A stretch of 64,000 nt of DNA from NCBI RefSeq assembly GCF_030684315.1, contig NC_081396.1, forward strand, positions 5,518,001 to 5,582,000. Reading direction: 5' to 3'. A program made the translations under genes and the position numbers. The notes under the pieces were generated by a model. The model worked only from the letters and a program-made list of their open reading frames with translations. It ran no database searches and was not told the origin of the DNA. Origin of the DNA: Stegostoma tigrinum. Its lineage: Eukaryota. How positions within the stretch are numbered: position 1 is the first letter of the stretch; every line of letters starts with the position of its first letter. Of the stretch, positions 37,078 to 51,000 are shown piece after piece.

Positions 37078-37928
37078 GATTGGTTCACTGAGCTGACTGG
37101 TTTTCATGCAAATGTTTCATTCCCACTTCAAAGCGACACCCTCAGTGCTGTGTCGGCTCGGTTGAAGCATTGTGTTCTGGTCCATTCCGAACTTATGTGG
37201 TCCAGGCTGTCATGGTGAGTAATTCTGTTTCCATCTTTACTCTATAGTGCTATGTGGACATCTTCATCCACCATTGCCTGACAAATAAGCTACACCAAGA
37301 AGACACTGTATGCCCCAAAAAACTGGACACACTACCTGATATTAGAAACGTATAAGAATTGACCACAAGACTCCAGCATCTTGTTGGAATGACGATAGCA
37401 CACAAACCAGCAGCCGCACTTCGCCTCTCAAAAATGAAAGACTACATATGCACCATGACCAGGACAAATTTGATACGCAAAATACAAAATATGCAGTAAC
37501 TGCAAAAAGAAAATACGTTGGCCAGACCAGCAGGAAACAGGCGACTAGGATATATGAACATCAGCTCACAGCAAAATAGCACAACCAACTCTCCTTCCAT
37601 TCTATTCGCTCCAGCAAAGAAGGCCATCAGTTTAACAGGGCCATCATAACAGCTTTAGGACAAGCAAAACTAGGACAAGCAGGAGAACTCCTGGAAGCCT
37701 GATTTATAACCATTGGTACCATAAGCAAATATCTTCAAATCAACCCCTCCTACATCCCACTATGAAGCAAAACCAGGCTTAGAACTACCCACCATTGCAA
37801 TCCAGACCATATAAATTCACAATGGAACAGACCAACAGCGCTTCAACAGAGAATCGACAGCACTGAGGATGTCACATAGTAGGAGTACGAAATATTGCAT
37901 GAAAACCAGTCAGCCCATCTAACCAACA
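37078..37928 (+). mobile_element. Old Penelope-like remnant bounded by ~70-bp inverted terminal copies
   Basis: 37078-37152 is the approximate reverse complement of 37856-37928. The internal sequence resembles a decayed GIY-YIG C-terminus. Confidence 0.5.
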
Positions 37929-40610
37929 AACAACTCCAGAACTGCACAAAATCATATTTGAAACGATTTTCACAGCTGCACTCTGAGTGCAGTTTGGTGT
38001 AGGCGCGTGCAGGATGTTTTGTAGCCAGAATATGACAGCTACATGGGACTTATGGTATGGGAATGCAATGTCAGAGTAAACATCTTATTCACAGAAAGAA
38101 TTCTGGCTTTTCTGTAAACAACATCCTTTTGTAGCTTGCTGTTTCTTAACACACTGTTAATTGCAAATCAATCAGCAAAGGAAATGGTGTGTTGCATTTT
38201 ACACAAAAGATGGGCAGTATGAATAGATTCAACAATAACTTACGTATTCTAATTGGATAAGCACTGGGACAAGAAAGGTGCATTATACTATCGGGAAACA
38301 TCAAGGGTTCAGGGGCTAATTGTATTCTACCTTCACAGCGTAGTGTATGTATTATTAGTGCAATAACATCCTCTGTGTTATGTCGTTTCATGGTTTTAAT
38401 TTTCACCTTCCAATGATTTCTGAAGAAAGATAAATCCAAATAACCATTCCAATATTAGAGACATGTTTAATTTCCAAATAAAAACAGGCTTCCAAGAGTG
38501 ACTCAACTTGTTTCTATCGTTGCTCGCAGGAATATCTAACGAAAAGCACAAAATCATTCATATTGTACATCGATGTTCAGAGATGAATAATTATAAAAGA
38601 TCAGCCATTTTGGTTATGTTTTATTTGTCTTTCCCTTTATTTTGTCTATTTCCCCTATGAAGGGGCTCGTCTTTATACAATTTAAATCTATTTTAGTTTT
38701 CACAGTCAGTTTAATTTCATGACTAAATTACTTTGATCTGCTTTGTGGTTTGGGCCATCGTGGGAGCTTGGCCCAAAGTCTCTCAGTGGTCGGTTGATTT
38801 CAGTTTGTGTATGTTCCGCTATGACTTTACTGTTACTCATTGGGAATTGCCTCTTTGGCATGGCTGACCATATCAGTTCGTTTCATTCCATGGTATGATT
38901 TTCACCTGTGTTCTCTGGGTCAAAATTTTCACTGAATTGTAAATTAGATGCAAGCTTGAGAGCAGACATGCAATATTTGCCGAACCTAACAGTTGCATTT
39001 TTTGTGCATTATAACCAATTATTAACAATTAGAGACATTTACCCCTTTATATCTTTCTCCATCCTGTCGTTTCCCTGTTCCTCCCACTCTATGTATCAAT
39101 GGTGTTATTCTGTTGTATTGTCTCTTTGAATGAGTGCATTTGTCTCGATAATTTCTCTGTTCTTTTAATGAACTTCGATATTCGTCGCTCTATCTCGAGG
39201 AGTCAAGCACGAGAACGATTTTCTGAATTCATTTCACTTACCACATGCATCATTTACAATATTTCTGTTCCACCACCTGCTATTTCCATGTTTTCCACAG
39301 AAAAGAGATATAATCTCTTCAAATTCTTTGGAATGATATTAATTGCTGCTGGCCCCTTTTTCCAGCTGCAGAATATGTCGTCATTGATCATGGACAAATG
39401 TAAAAAGTACAAACACAGTGGACATTCCAACCTCGAGCTTGCACTGCCATTTCGTCTGATGGTGACTGATCTTCTCAAGGTTGATGAAATATTCTCGCAT
39501 GCCTGTATAAGTAAAGTTTCCATGAGAATTAAGAAACTCGATGTCATTGGGTTAGAAAAACACACAGTGTGATGTGCTCTGCATCCAAAAACATTTACTC
39601 TTTGCATAACAAGCACACAATAGCAGAAGCATTTACAATCCAGACCATGCATTGCAGAGCACAGAATATCAGAACGTGAGTGAGCTTCTCTTAGTGTAGG
39701 AACAGGTATTGATTATTACAGGAACAAACGCAAATTATTTGAATTATAGATCTTTCTCCTTCTTAGCTTGTGAGCAACTGGTCCTCATGACTAGTTTGCT
39801 TATGCTTGTCAACCTAATATATTAATAATTCCTGGTACAAAAGTATATTTTACTTGCTCTATCTCCTTTGTTATTGCATTTCCTTATTGGAGCTAATGTT
39901 TATGCTGGTGTTTGAAAGTTGGTGGATCCATATTGTTGTTGTATTCTCTAACTTATTACACATTTCAGTACGCCGTTTTCCTCTTACTGTTTCACCAGGC
40001 CGTGATTGTCATTGGACGAGTACATGCCTCCTTGATGAACAGACTGAGCACAAAATGAACATATGCACAAGATTTGATGAATGGTTATGGAATAGCAATG
40101 ATCACCGGATGAACTACTGTCGCAGTTTAGTTCATACTTTCTACCTTTCCGCGATAATTGCTCAAACTGTCCACTTATTTATTTTCATGAGAGTAAACGC
40201 TAAGTCAGCTAGTACTATGATCGCTATGTCATTGTTGATGCTTCACTTCGTTTCATCATTTCTGTCATTTTTCCATTATTACGAGACACCCTGTCTCTGT
40301 TTAAAATAAGCTAAACCATGTCTCTGCTTCTCTTAAACTAGGGCCTGTCTCATTTGTATTTTTTGCAGACTGTATCGACAGCACTGTTTCTCACATGCCA
40401 TTTACTGGTTTCGACAGTGTCGAGGATGGTTTGGAATCTTGAGGAATCTTAATAGTTGCTGAAATGTTTTACAGCTCCGCTAAGGTTTCATGACTTCTCT
40501 CCTTGAGTACCACACAAACGCTTTTATCTCGTTTGCTACTGTACTAGATTATGAGGCTTTTTGTTTTACTTTAACCGAGTCTGTCTCTGTCGATCCTTCT
40601 GATTTGGGTT

Positions 40611-40617
40611 CTCTCTC

Positions 40618-40697
<80 letters not shown>

Positions 40698-40710
40698 CCA
40701 CACACACACA
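40611..40710. repeat. (CT)n(CA)n microsatellite
   Basis: Direct inspection. Confidence 0.99.
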
Positions 40711-43700
40711 CCTCCGCCCGCCTCCACCCCCATTGCTCCATCTCTCAATTTTCTCTATCTCACCAAATTTTTCTTCCAGGTTCTGTAACGGCCTTTCTTC
40801 ACCTTTCTTTGTCTTCTCACTTCCATATCTCTATTTGTGATTTTTCTTTCTCCATTTACGATCTCTATGCCTCTATTTCACTTTCTGTTTTGCTCCCCTT
40901 TTATGCATATCAGTGTTTTGTATTACAATACTGTGACTGCGACTCCTCTGTTTATCTTTTCTGCATCTTCTATCTCCACGTCAAGTTAGCCTCTATTTCT
41001 CTTCCTCTCCACATCATGATGTTTCGCACATAGTTACTGCCTTCTTCACCACATTTTATTCTGGAGAGATGAAGCAGTCTGTCCAGCTCCTCGGTTTTAA
41101 TGCTGCAGTTCCAAACTATGCAACATTGTGATGTGCAACTGCAGCAAATAGTATTTTTTGCTTGCAAACAGAAAATACGAAACATGAATAATTTGACAAA
41201 TAAAAACATTTTCTTTTTAATCAGTGCCATGACTATGTAAGTTTTCTATAATTGAACGTTGAAATATCAATAGAAAACACTCGGGTTATACGAAGCAATC
41301 TCTCCAATAAAACGTCAAAATGTCGGCAGTTCTGGAACTATCCATCAATAAGAAACCGCTGTCTTCTGTTTCAGTGAACGGTTCATCATCTCTATATAAA
41401 TAAAAAAAACTAATTTCGATGGAAACTTATAGTTCACCTTTTACCCGAAGGGCTGAACCCCAATCGAAATCAGAAAGAACAACAGATTTATTTTTGAACA
41501 CAAAACTTTAACGCAAATACGGTTTATCTCAATGTGGTACTCTTTTCTCAAATACTAGTGTTAATTTCAGATGAGTACTGGAAGACTAAATGCAAAGTCT
41601 TACCTTCTGTCGTCTAAATGTAGATCATCAAGTCAAATTGTTAATCGGACTCGGATGGATTTCTGACCATTTAACAACCCCTGATACTCTGCAGTGAATA
41701 GGCAATTACGAGGATGGACATTCCGCTTCTAATATTACGAAGGTAATAGAGCATGTCTGCAAAATCTCTAGCATTGTTGAATGTAATGTGGTGTTTTAAG
41801 CATTGTCTGTCGGGGATTAGCCCTGGTGAACAAAGCAAACCTCAAGCGCCGGTACTATCCTCAGCTAGAAATGCTGATATTATCTGAGATTGGCTGGATG
41901 CAGTTGTGCTGCGAAATATGCTCAGTTTATGTACATGTTGATGTTGCAGAACCATTCTGGTCAAATAATCTCTGGACAGCGATTGCACGCAAAAGGACCC
42001 GCAAACAGACATTAGAGATCGAGAATGAAATGGGCAGTATGTAATACAGGTATTTACGGTTGGCAATATGACTAAATATTCATAGATACTACCAAAGATT
42101 ATTTTTTAAAATTTATTTTTGAGAGATGGATTCCAGCCCCATTCAGAGACAAATTGGACCTGAAGTCGTCAAACAAGGGAGAGTATATACCTTTTGGCCT
42201 GATTTGAAGTATCATGGACAGAGGGAGCTGCGCTGTGCATCAGTTGATCAAGGACACACTGAGCTATATACAACCTAAAACAATTTCCCAAAGAACATTT
42301 GAAAATAACGTGTTGAATTTACTTGGACAGACTGACCCATCACAGAATAAGAATTGGGGATACCAGGTCTCCTTTCCATCCTCAGTAATTTGCTGCCGTG
42401 TATCAAGCAGTTCCCAACTCATTCCTGTGTCGCTCTGGGTTTGTGAACACATTCAGTGATGATCTGGCTGAAATTAACTGAATTTGATTTATTATTGCAA
42501 TTGGTGACCTGAGCCTGGAAAACTGGGAGAACATGGGTGCTGTTGAAATCTTCATTTGTGAATCATCATTCAGAAACTCCATATTGCTAATACTAACATA
42601 GAACGTTCCAGTAATACGCGGATATAATTTATCGCCAATGATCACTGACGATTAACGACACGTGGATTTTGTTTTAGGTGTCACAGTCATTCTCTTACCA
42701 AATCTGTTGATTGTGTACAGGCAAAACGCTCTGATCAGGACAGGTCTGCAGACTGTGCGAAGAAGAGAGCTTGCTGCATCATAGGGACAAAAACTTCAAC
42801 AAGAATCAAATATCACTGAATGTGATCGAACGGATTCATGAAAGTCTGTTTCCTATCAAGGATAAGTAAAAGCAATGAAAATAAATTTGCGATTCTCCTC
42901 TCCTATTCCTGTTAGCTGTTGTTCAGGACAGATCAGCTAAGTACAAGCAGACTCAGCAGTTCTTAACTTCGTTTCTATCCATAAAAAAGGAACACAAAAC
43001 GGTGTAGAGCCAGATAAACACAGCTGACCAAGCAGCGTCATGGGAGCAGGATCGAGGTCCGAAAGATCAGCTTTCCTGCCGCTATGATGTTGTTTGGCCT
43101 GCTGTGTTCATCAAGCTCTACACCTACTTATATCAGATTTTCCAGCATCTGCAGTTCCTACTATCACTAACACAAAAAGGTGTTTCTTTTTTGATGAGAG
43201 GTTTCTCCCAGAGGCAGAATTGACTGCTCTGTTAGAAGAGATGATGGCTTTCAATCAAATAAGAAAGCTGCAGATGCTTCTATCTTTTGAACATTTCTTT
43301 GACTGTTTCAGTCCTTCATTGTCTCTGCCTTTCTACCTCGCCTCTGTTTAATTTCTGAGAAGAAAACTTACCACTAAGATATATATCCGCTCTGCACACG
43401 AAACCCATGGCAATGAGCAATACACAAATAAACCTGGAACTGAATGCAGATTTTGATAGTTTGTACCAATTTCACCAGTAGGTGAGACGAATGCCACTGT
43501 GGAGTTTACATTTGATTACAGGCTGAAAGTCAATCATTAAATGTTCTTTTATTTCTTTGAATCGGATGAAGCAAAAATAACCAAAGACCAGAGGTTTTGG
43601 ACACCAAAAATGAATGGATATGTAAGGAAAGGGAATATTCAGCAGAGATACAATTAAAGGTGCGGTGGTGATTTTTTTCAAGATTATCTGACAAAGCTTA

Positions 43701-43900
43701 AAGGAAAAAGAAAGAAAATATTATATAAGATTCACGAATGTCAACGGCTCTTTCAGTCGGAAATATGATGGAGACCATTTCTTCATGTCACATTCAATAG
43801 GCTATTTCACAATGTGTAAGAGATTTGTAAGAGAGAAAGAGACAGTGAGAGAGAGAGAAACAAAAGCAGAGGACAGAAAAAAGGCAAGATAAATGGAAAC

Positions 43901-46340
43901 CACCCCCAGGCCTACTACCCTCCCTCGACCTCTTCATCTCCAACTGCCGTCGACACCATCCCCAGGCCTCCTAACATCCCTCGACCTCTTCATCTCCAAC
44001 TGCCATCGAGATATTAACCGCCTCAACCTCTCCACCCCTCTCACCCACTCCAACCTCTCCCCTGCAGAACGGGCTGCCCTCCGCTCCAACCCCAACCTCA
44101 CCATCAAACCCGCAGACAAGGGTGGCGCAGTGGTAGTATGGTGCACTGACCTCTACATCGCCGAGGCCAAACGCCAACTCTCTGACACCTCCTCCTACCG
44201 CCCCCTTGGTCATAGCACCAAACCATCATCTCCAACACCATTCATAACCTCATCACCTCAGGGGACCTCCCACCCACAGTCTTCAACCTTATTATTCCCC
44301 AACCCCGTATGGCCCGTTTCTATCTCCTTCCCAAAACCCACAAAAGTGCCTGCCCTGGTCGACCCATTGTCTCAGTCTGTTCCTGCCCCACCGAACTCAT
44401 CTCCACCTATCTGGACTCCATTTTCTCCCCTTTGGTCCAGGAACTCGCTACCTACGTCCGTGACACCACCCACGCCCTCCACCTCCTCCAGAACTTCCAA
44501 TTCCCTAAGCCCCAACACCTCATTTTCACCATGGACGTCCAGTCCCTGTACATCTGCATTCTGCATGCAGATGGCCTCAAGGCCCTCCACTTCTTCCTGT
44601 CCCGCAGGCCCGACCAGTCCCCCTCCACCGACACCCTCATCCGCCTCGCTGAACTCGCCCTCACCCTCAAAAACTTCTCTTTTGATTCCTCCCACTTCCT
44701 GCAGACAAAGTGGGTGGCCATGGGCACCCGCATGGGACCCAGCTATTCCTGCATCTTTGTACATTACGTGGAACAGTCACTCCTCTGCATCTACACAGGC
44801 CTCAAACCCCACCTCTTCCTCCGTTACATCGACGACTGTATCAGCGCCGCCTCTTGCCCCCCAGAGGAGCTCGAACAGTTCATTCACTTCACAAACACCT
44901 ACCACCCTAATCTTAAGTTCATCTGGGCCATCTCCAACACATCCCTCACCTTCCTGGACCTCTCAGTCGCCATCTCAGGCAACCAGCTTGTAACTGATGT
45001 CCATTTCAAGCCCATCGACTCCCACAGCTACCTAGAATACACATTATCCCACCCACCCTCCTGCAAAAATTCCATCCCCTATTCCCAATTCCTCCGCCTC
45101 CACCGCATCTGCTCCCACAATGAGGCATTCCACTACCGCACATCACAGATGTCCAAGTTCTTCAAGGGCCGCATCTTTCCCCCAACAGTGGTCGAGAACG
45201 CCCTTGATTGTGCCTCCCACATTTTCAGCAACACATCCCTCACACCCCACTCCCGCCATAATAGCCAAAGAGGATCCCCCTTGTTCTCACACACCACACC
45301 ACCAACCTCCAGATACAACGCATCATCCTCCAACACTTCCGCCATCTACATTCCGACCCCACCACCCAAGACATTATTCCAACCCCACCCTTGTCTGCTT
45401 TCTGGAGAGACCACTTTCTATGTGACTCCCTTCTTCTCTCCACACTGCCCTCCAAACCCACCACACCCGGCACCTTCCCCTGCAACCGCAGGAAGTTCTA
45501 CACTTGCCCTCACACCGCCTCCCTCACCCCTATCCCAGGCCCCAAGATGACCTTCCATATTAAGCAGAGGTTCACCTGCACATCTGCCAACGTGGTATGC
45601 TGTATCCATTGTGCCCGGTGTGGCTTCCTCTACATTGGGGAAACCAAGCGGAGATTTGGGGACCGCTTTGCAGAACACCTCCGCTGGGTTTGCAATAAAC
45701 AACTGCACTTCCCAGTCGCGAACCATTTAAACTCCCCCTCCCATTCTTCAGATGACATGTCCATCATGAGTCTCCTGCAGTGCCACAATGATGCCACCCA
45801 AACGTTGCAGGATCAGCAACTCATATTCCGCGTGGGAACCCTGCAGCCCAATGGTATCAATGTGGACTTCACCAGCTACAAAATCTCCCCTTTCCCCACC
45901 GCATCCCAAAACCAGCCCAGTTCGTCCCCTCCCCCAACTGCATCACACAACCAGCCCAGCTCTTCCCCTCCCCTCACTGCATCCCGAAACCAGCCCAGCC
46001 TGTCCCTGCCTCCCTAACCTGTTCTTCTTCTCACCCATCCCTTTCTCCCACCCCAAGCCGCACCTCCATTTCCGACCTACTAACCTCATCCCACCTCCTT
46101 GACCTGTCCGTCTTCCCTGGGCTGACCTATCCACTCCCCACCTCCCCACCTATACTCTCCTCTCCACCTTTCTTCTTTTCTCTCCATCTTCAGTCCGCCT
46201 CCCCCTCTCTCCCTATTTATTCCAGAATCCTCACCCCATCCCCCTCTCTGATGAAGGGTCTAGGCCCGAAACGTCAGCTTTTGTGCTCCTGAGATGCTGC
46301 TGGGTCTGCTGTGTTCTTCCAGCTTCACACTTAATTATCT
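43901..46340 (+). mobile_element. Penelope-like retroelement (RT + GIY-YIG endonuclease), 5' truncated, frameshifted
   Basis: Motifs KPADKGG, FYLLPKTHK...GRPIVS, AMGTRMGPSY, LRYIDD and CIHCARCGFLYIGETKRR. Candidate TSD tggaaac at 43894-43900 and 46341-46347. Confidence 0.92.
46248..46275 (+). ncRNA. Minimal type I hammerhead ribozyme motif in the Penelope terminal repeat
   Basis: CTGATGA-A-GGGTCTAGGCCC (stem II)-GAAA-CGTC gives the conserved core, a palindromic ACGT stem III and a GUC cleavage triplet. An identical copy lies on the - strand at 5215-5242. Confidence 0.65.
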
Positions 46341-47692
46341 TGGAAACTGTGCCCACTTGTGATTTCAAAGGGCCCAAAAGCAACCTGTTCAATGACTATG
46401 AAATTGAAACAAGTCAAGTGTACAATATCCCATAATAATCCATTACTCGGGAGCCAGTCAGTTTCTCAGTTCAATCGCCACCATTGTGAATCTTAGTCTT
46501 GGCAGTGAGCTCTGGTCTAGAATTCACAGCCTGAATGATCTGCCTCCTGCCTATCTTCATTGTCATGAATAGAAAGGCCTGCAATGACCTGTTTCCAGTT
46601 GGAGATTGAATTTACTGATGCTTGTGATTTTACGTTTTCTAATCAGACGCCTTGCTTAACCAATCCCAGGATAGCTCGTGGTGCTTAAGTGACGTTTCAT
46701 TCACTTGAACTGTTCTTTGTGATGATCAAAGCAGGTGGATGGAACTGACTTGATGATTGATTAGAAATTATACCAAACTAGACCTACACAAGACTCTGGT
46801 TAGGGTCTTACTCCCACACACTCCCACCACACACCAGGCATTGATATCACGGTGTCAACTATTGCACACCACCCGTTGTTAGCCACTAGTTGTCCAAATT
46901 CGTCCCCAGTCATTCTCCCAGGTTGATAGCTATCTATGCCTTTGTCTGTCCAGCTGCTTTTCTCTTCCTCTGGGGTCTATTTCCACATATCATTTACTCT
47001 TTATCCACTTCAGCAGGCAAAAACATCTTTTTTTTTTTCTCCAAGCTACCATCAGTTTTGGGGAAAAGACAACCGACCAAACAAAGTTAAATTTGATTTT
47101 CCTCCACTGATGCTGCCAGACCGCTGAGCTTTTCCAGAAATATCTGTTTTGGTTTCTGGTACGGGGAAGGCAGACATACAAAGACGATGAAAACAGATAG
47201 GTAGACATTGAAAGGACTAATTTCCCACCCGACTTGCACATTATACATCACAAAGAAACGAAATGACAACCAATTAACCACAGCCTTTCGTCACCTCAGT
47301 GCAATGGAAGGAGTATTTAGAGTTGATTAATTTTTACAGTTATAGAGTTGACTGTTGTAATTTAATTAGATAAATATGCTAATTCGGCAGATAAACATGA
47401 AATTTTACCCCAACATTTCAAGTTGCAGCTGCATAACTAACCTAATTCTGAAGAAACGCCACAAAATGTGAGCACAAAATGTTCACTCTGTTTCTCTGAG
47501 AACAGATACTGTGTGGCCTGCTGGGTTTCCCCAGAAAATTCGGTTTTCTTTTGCAGATTTTCGAAATCCTTCGTTATTTGCTTTTAATTAATATGAAAAT
47601 CATTTGGAAAGATAAAAATTTTTTGATGGTTGCTCGGTTTATTTCTTGCTTCTTAAAATGTTGTCAGCACAAGAAACTCGCAAAAGCTCCCA

Positions 47693-47757
47693 TTCCCTGA
47701 CCAGGAATCGAACCTGGGTCACAAGCAGCTAATTTCAAACCATTACAACACCACATA
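47693..47757 (-). pseudogene. Decayed tRNA-Glu-like sequence
   Basis: ttccctgaccaggaatcgaacctggg is the reverse complement of a tRNA-Glu-like T-arm and acceptor end. The anticodon arm is degraded. Confidence 0.45.
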
Positions 47758-48009
47758 CATTATGGTTAACACCTGTGCCTTTTTCTCATGGCACTGTTCT
47801 TGAATTTTCATTTGTGATCATGGTCAGACATCGGTTTCTCCCAGTGATGGAATTCTTACAGCATGAAAAGAGACATTTCGGTCTATTGTATCATTGCTCA
47901 TCATAAAATACCATTTATTCGAATCCTCGTTTCCAGCACTTGCGTGCTCGAACGAATCAAGTCCTCATCTCAATGTAAAAATTGAAAGAGATGGAGATGC
48001 TATAAATCA

Positions 48010-51000
48010 GGAGCATTTCTGGTTGCTGCAGCAGCGCTTGTGAGAGCTTGGAGCAAGGGCCTGTCGGGAAGCCGGTGAGTCACTGTTTTTGAATCTATAA
48101 AAAGCTTACCTCATGAATAGGCGAAGGTACGCTGAGTAGTAGCCGAAACGGGACTGGTGAGTGAGTGAGGTAATATATTAGTGAGGTTGCATTACCCGAA
48201 ATACTACCCGTGTAGTGTCTCCCACCCATCCTCCTCCTCGAAACAAAAAAAAAGTTTCGGTGTGCCTGATTGGTAAGGTAACAAGTTTATTTTTTATTCT
48301 TTATTTTTTAAGTCCTGGGAATTTAGAATAATGGGAACGGAGGTCAGGGCAGTTGAATGTTCCTACTGCAGAATGTGGGAGGTAAGGGTCACCACTAGTG
48401 ACCCTGCTGACTGCATCTGCAGGAAGTGCACCCAACTCCAGCTCCTTGTATACCACGTTCGGGAACTGGAGCTGGAGCTGGATGAACGTCGGATCATTCG
48501 GGAGGCAGAGGGGGTTATTGAGAGGAGTTACAGGGAGGTAGTCACTCCTCAAGTACAGGAAAAAAGCAGATGGGTTACGGTCAGGGAACGGAAAGGGAAC
48601 TGGCAGGCAGTGCAGGGATGCCCTGTGGCCATTCCCCTCGACAATAAGTATACCGTTTTGGATACTGTTGGCGGGGGGGGGGGGCTTACCAGGAGAAAGC
48701 AGTGGGGCACAGGTCTCTGGCACAGAGTCCGTCCCTGCTGCTCAGAAGGGAAGGGGGAAGAGGAGCAGAGCATTAGTCATTGGGGACTCCATAGTTAGGG
48801 GTCAGATAGGAGGTTCTGTTGGGACGAGAGAGACTCACGGTTGGTGTGTTGCCTCCCAGGTGCCAGGGTGGGTGATGTCTCTGATCGTGTTCTTGGGATC
48901 CTTAAGGAGGAGGGGAAACAGCCCCAAGCCGTCGTCCATATTGGCACCAACGACATAGGTAGGAAGAGAGATGGGGATTGAAGGCAGAAATTCAGGGAGC
49001 TAGGATGGAAGCTGAGAGTTAGGACGAACAGAGTTGTTGTCTCTGGTTTGTTGCCCGTGCCACGTGCTAGTGAGGCAACGGATAGGGAGAGAGAGGAGTT
49101 GAACATGTGACTACAGGGATGGTGCAGGAGGGAGGATTTTGGATTCTTGGATAATTGGGGCTCTTTCTGGGGTAGGTGGGACCTCTACAAGCAAGATGGT
49201 CTTCACCTGAACCAGAGGGGGACCGATATCCTGGGGGGGAAATTTGCCAAGGCGATTCGGGTGGGTTTAAACTAATTCAGTCGGGGGATGGGCACAAAAA
49301 TTGTAGTTCGACTATAGAAAGGTTGAGAGTAGGGTGGTCCGAAATAAAGTTTCAGGGGAGCAAGATGGCACCGGCAAACAAGAAGTTGGTTTGAAGTGTA
49401 TCTACTTCAATGCCAGGAGCGTCCGGAATAAGGTGGGTGAACTTGCAGCATGGGTTAGTACCTGGGACTTCGATGTTGTGGCCGTTTCGGAAACATGGAT
49501 AGAGCAGGGACGGAAATGGTTGTTGCGGGTTCAGGGATTTAGATGTTTCAGAAGGAACAGAGAAGATATTAAAAGTGGCGGGGGTGTGGCATTGTTGGTC
49601 AAGGACAGTATTACAGTTGCAGAAAGGATGTTTGGGGACTCGTCAACTGAGGTAGTATGGGCTGATGTTAGAAACAGGAAAGGAGAGGCCACCCTGTTGG
49701 GAGTCTTCTATAGGCCTCCAAATAGTTCCAGAGATGTAGAGGAAAGGATAGCAAAGATGATTCTCGATAGGAGTGAGAGAGTCTGGGTAGTGGTCATGGA
49801 GGACTTCAACTTTCCAGATATTGACTAGGAACACTGTAGTTTGAGTACTATAGACGGGCCAGTTTTTGTCCAGTGTGTGCCGGAGGGCTTCCTGACACAG
49901 CATGCAGATAGGCCTACATGGGGCGAAGCCACGTCAGATTTGGTACTGGGTAATGAGCCTGGCCAGGTGTTAGAATTGGAAGCTGGTGAGCACTTTGGTG
50001 ATAGCGATCATAATTCTGTTACGTTTACTTTATTGATGGAAAGGGATAGGTGTATACCACTGGGCAAGAGTTATAACTGGGGGAAAGGCAATTCTGATGA
50101 GATGAGGCAAGATTTAGGGAGCATAGGATGGGGATGGAAACTGCAGGGGATGGGCACATTAGAAATGTGGAGCTTATTCAAGGAAAAGCTCCTGTGTGTC
50201 CTAGATAAGTATGTACCTGTCAGGCAGGGAGGAAACTGTAGATTGCGGGAGCCATGGTTTACGAAGGAGGTGGAATCTCTGCTCAGGAGGAAGAAGAAGG
50301 CTTATGTTTGGATGAGATGTGAAGGCTCAGTTAGGGCACTTGAGGGCTACGACGTAGCCAGGAAAGAACTAAAGAGAGAGCTCAGAAGAGCCAGGAGGAG
50401 ACATGAGAAGTTGTTGGCAGATAGGATCAGGGTAAACCCTAAGGCTTTCTATAGGTATTTAAGGAATAAAAGAATGACAAGTGTAAGATTAGGCCCAATC
50501 AAGGAGAGTAGTGGTAAGTTGTGTGTGGAGTCAGATGAGATAGGGGAAGCGCTAAATGAATATTTTTCAACAGTATTCACTCGAGAAAACAACAATGTTG
50601 TTGAGGAGAATACTGAGATGAAGGCTACTAGACGAGGTGGGATTGAGGTTCACAAGGAAGAGGTATTAAAATTCCTTCAGACGGTGAAGATAGATAAGTC
50701 CCCTGGGCCGAATGGGATTTCTCCTCGGATCCTCTGGGAAGCCAGGGAGGAGATTGCCAAGCCTTTGGTATTGATCTTTAACTCGTCATTGTCTACAGGA
50801 TTAGTGCCAGATGACTGGAGGATAGCAAATGTGGTTCCCCTGTTCAAGAAGGGGAGTAGAGACAACCCTGGTAATTATAGACCAGTGAGCCTTACCTCAG
50901 TTGTTGGTAAAGTGTTGGAAAAGGTTATAAGGGATAGGATTTATAATCATCTAGAAAAGAATAAATTGATTCGGGATAGTCAGCACGGTTTTGTGAAGGG

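Noticed and set aside
39380-39593. Possible very decayed V ending in CACAGTG-15-CCAAAAACA
   Set aside because: No Cys, Trp or YYC anchors and the spacer length is wrong. It needs an HMM search to call.
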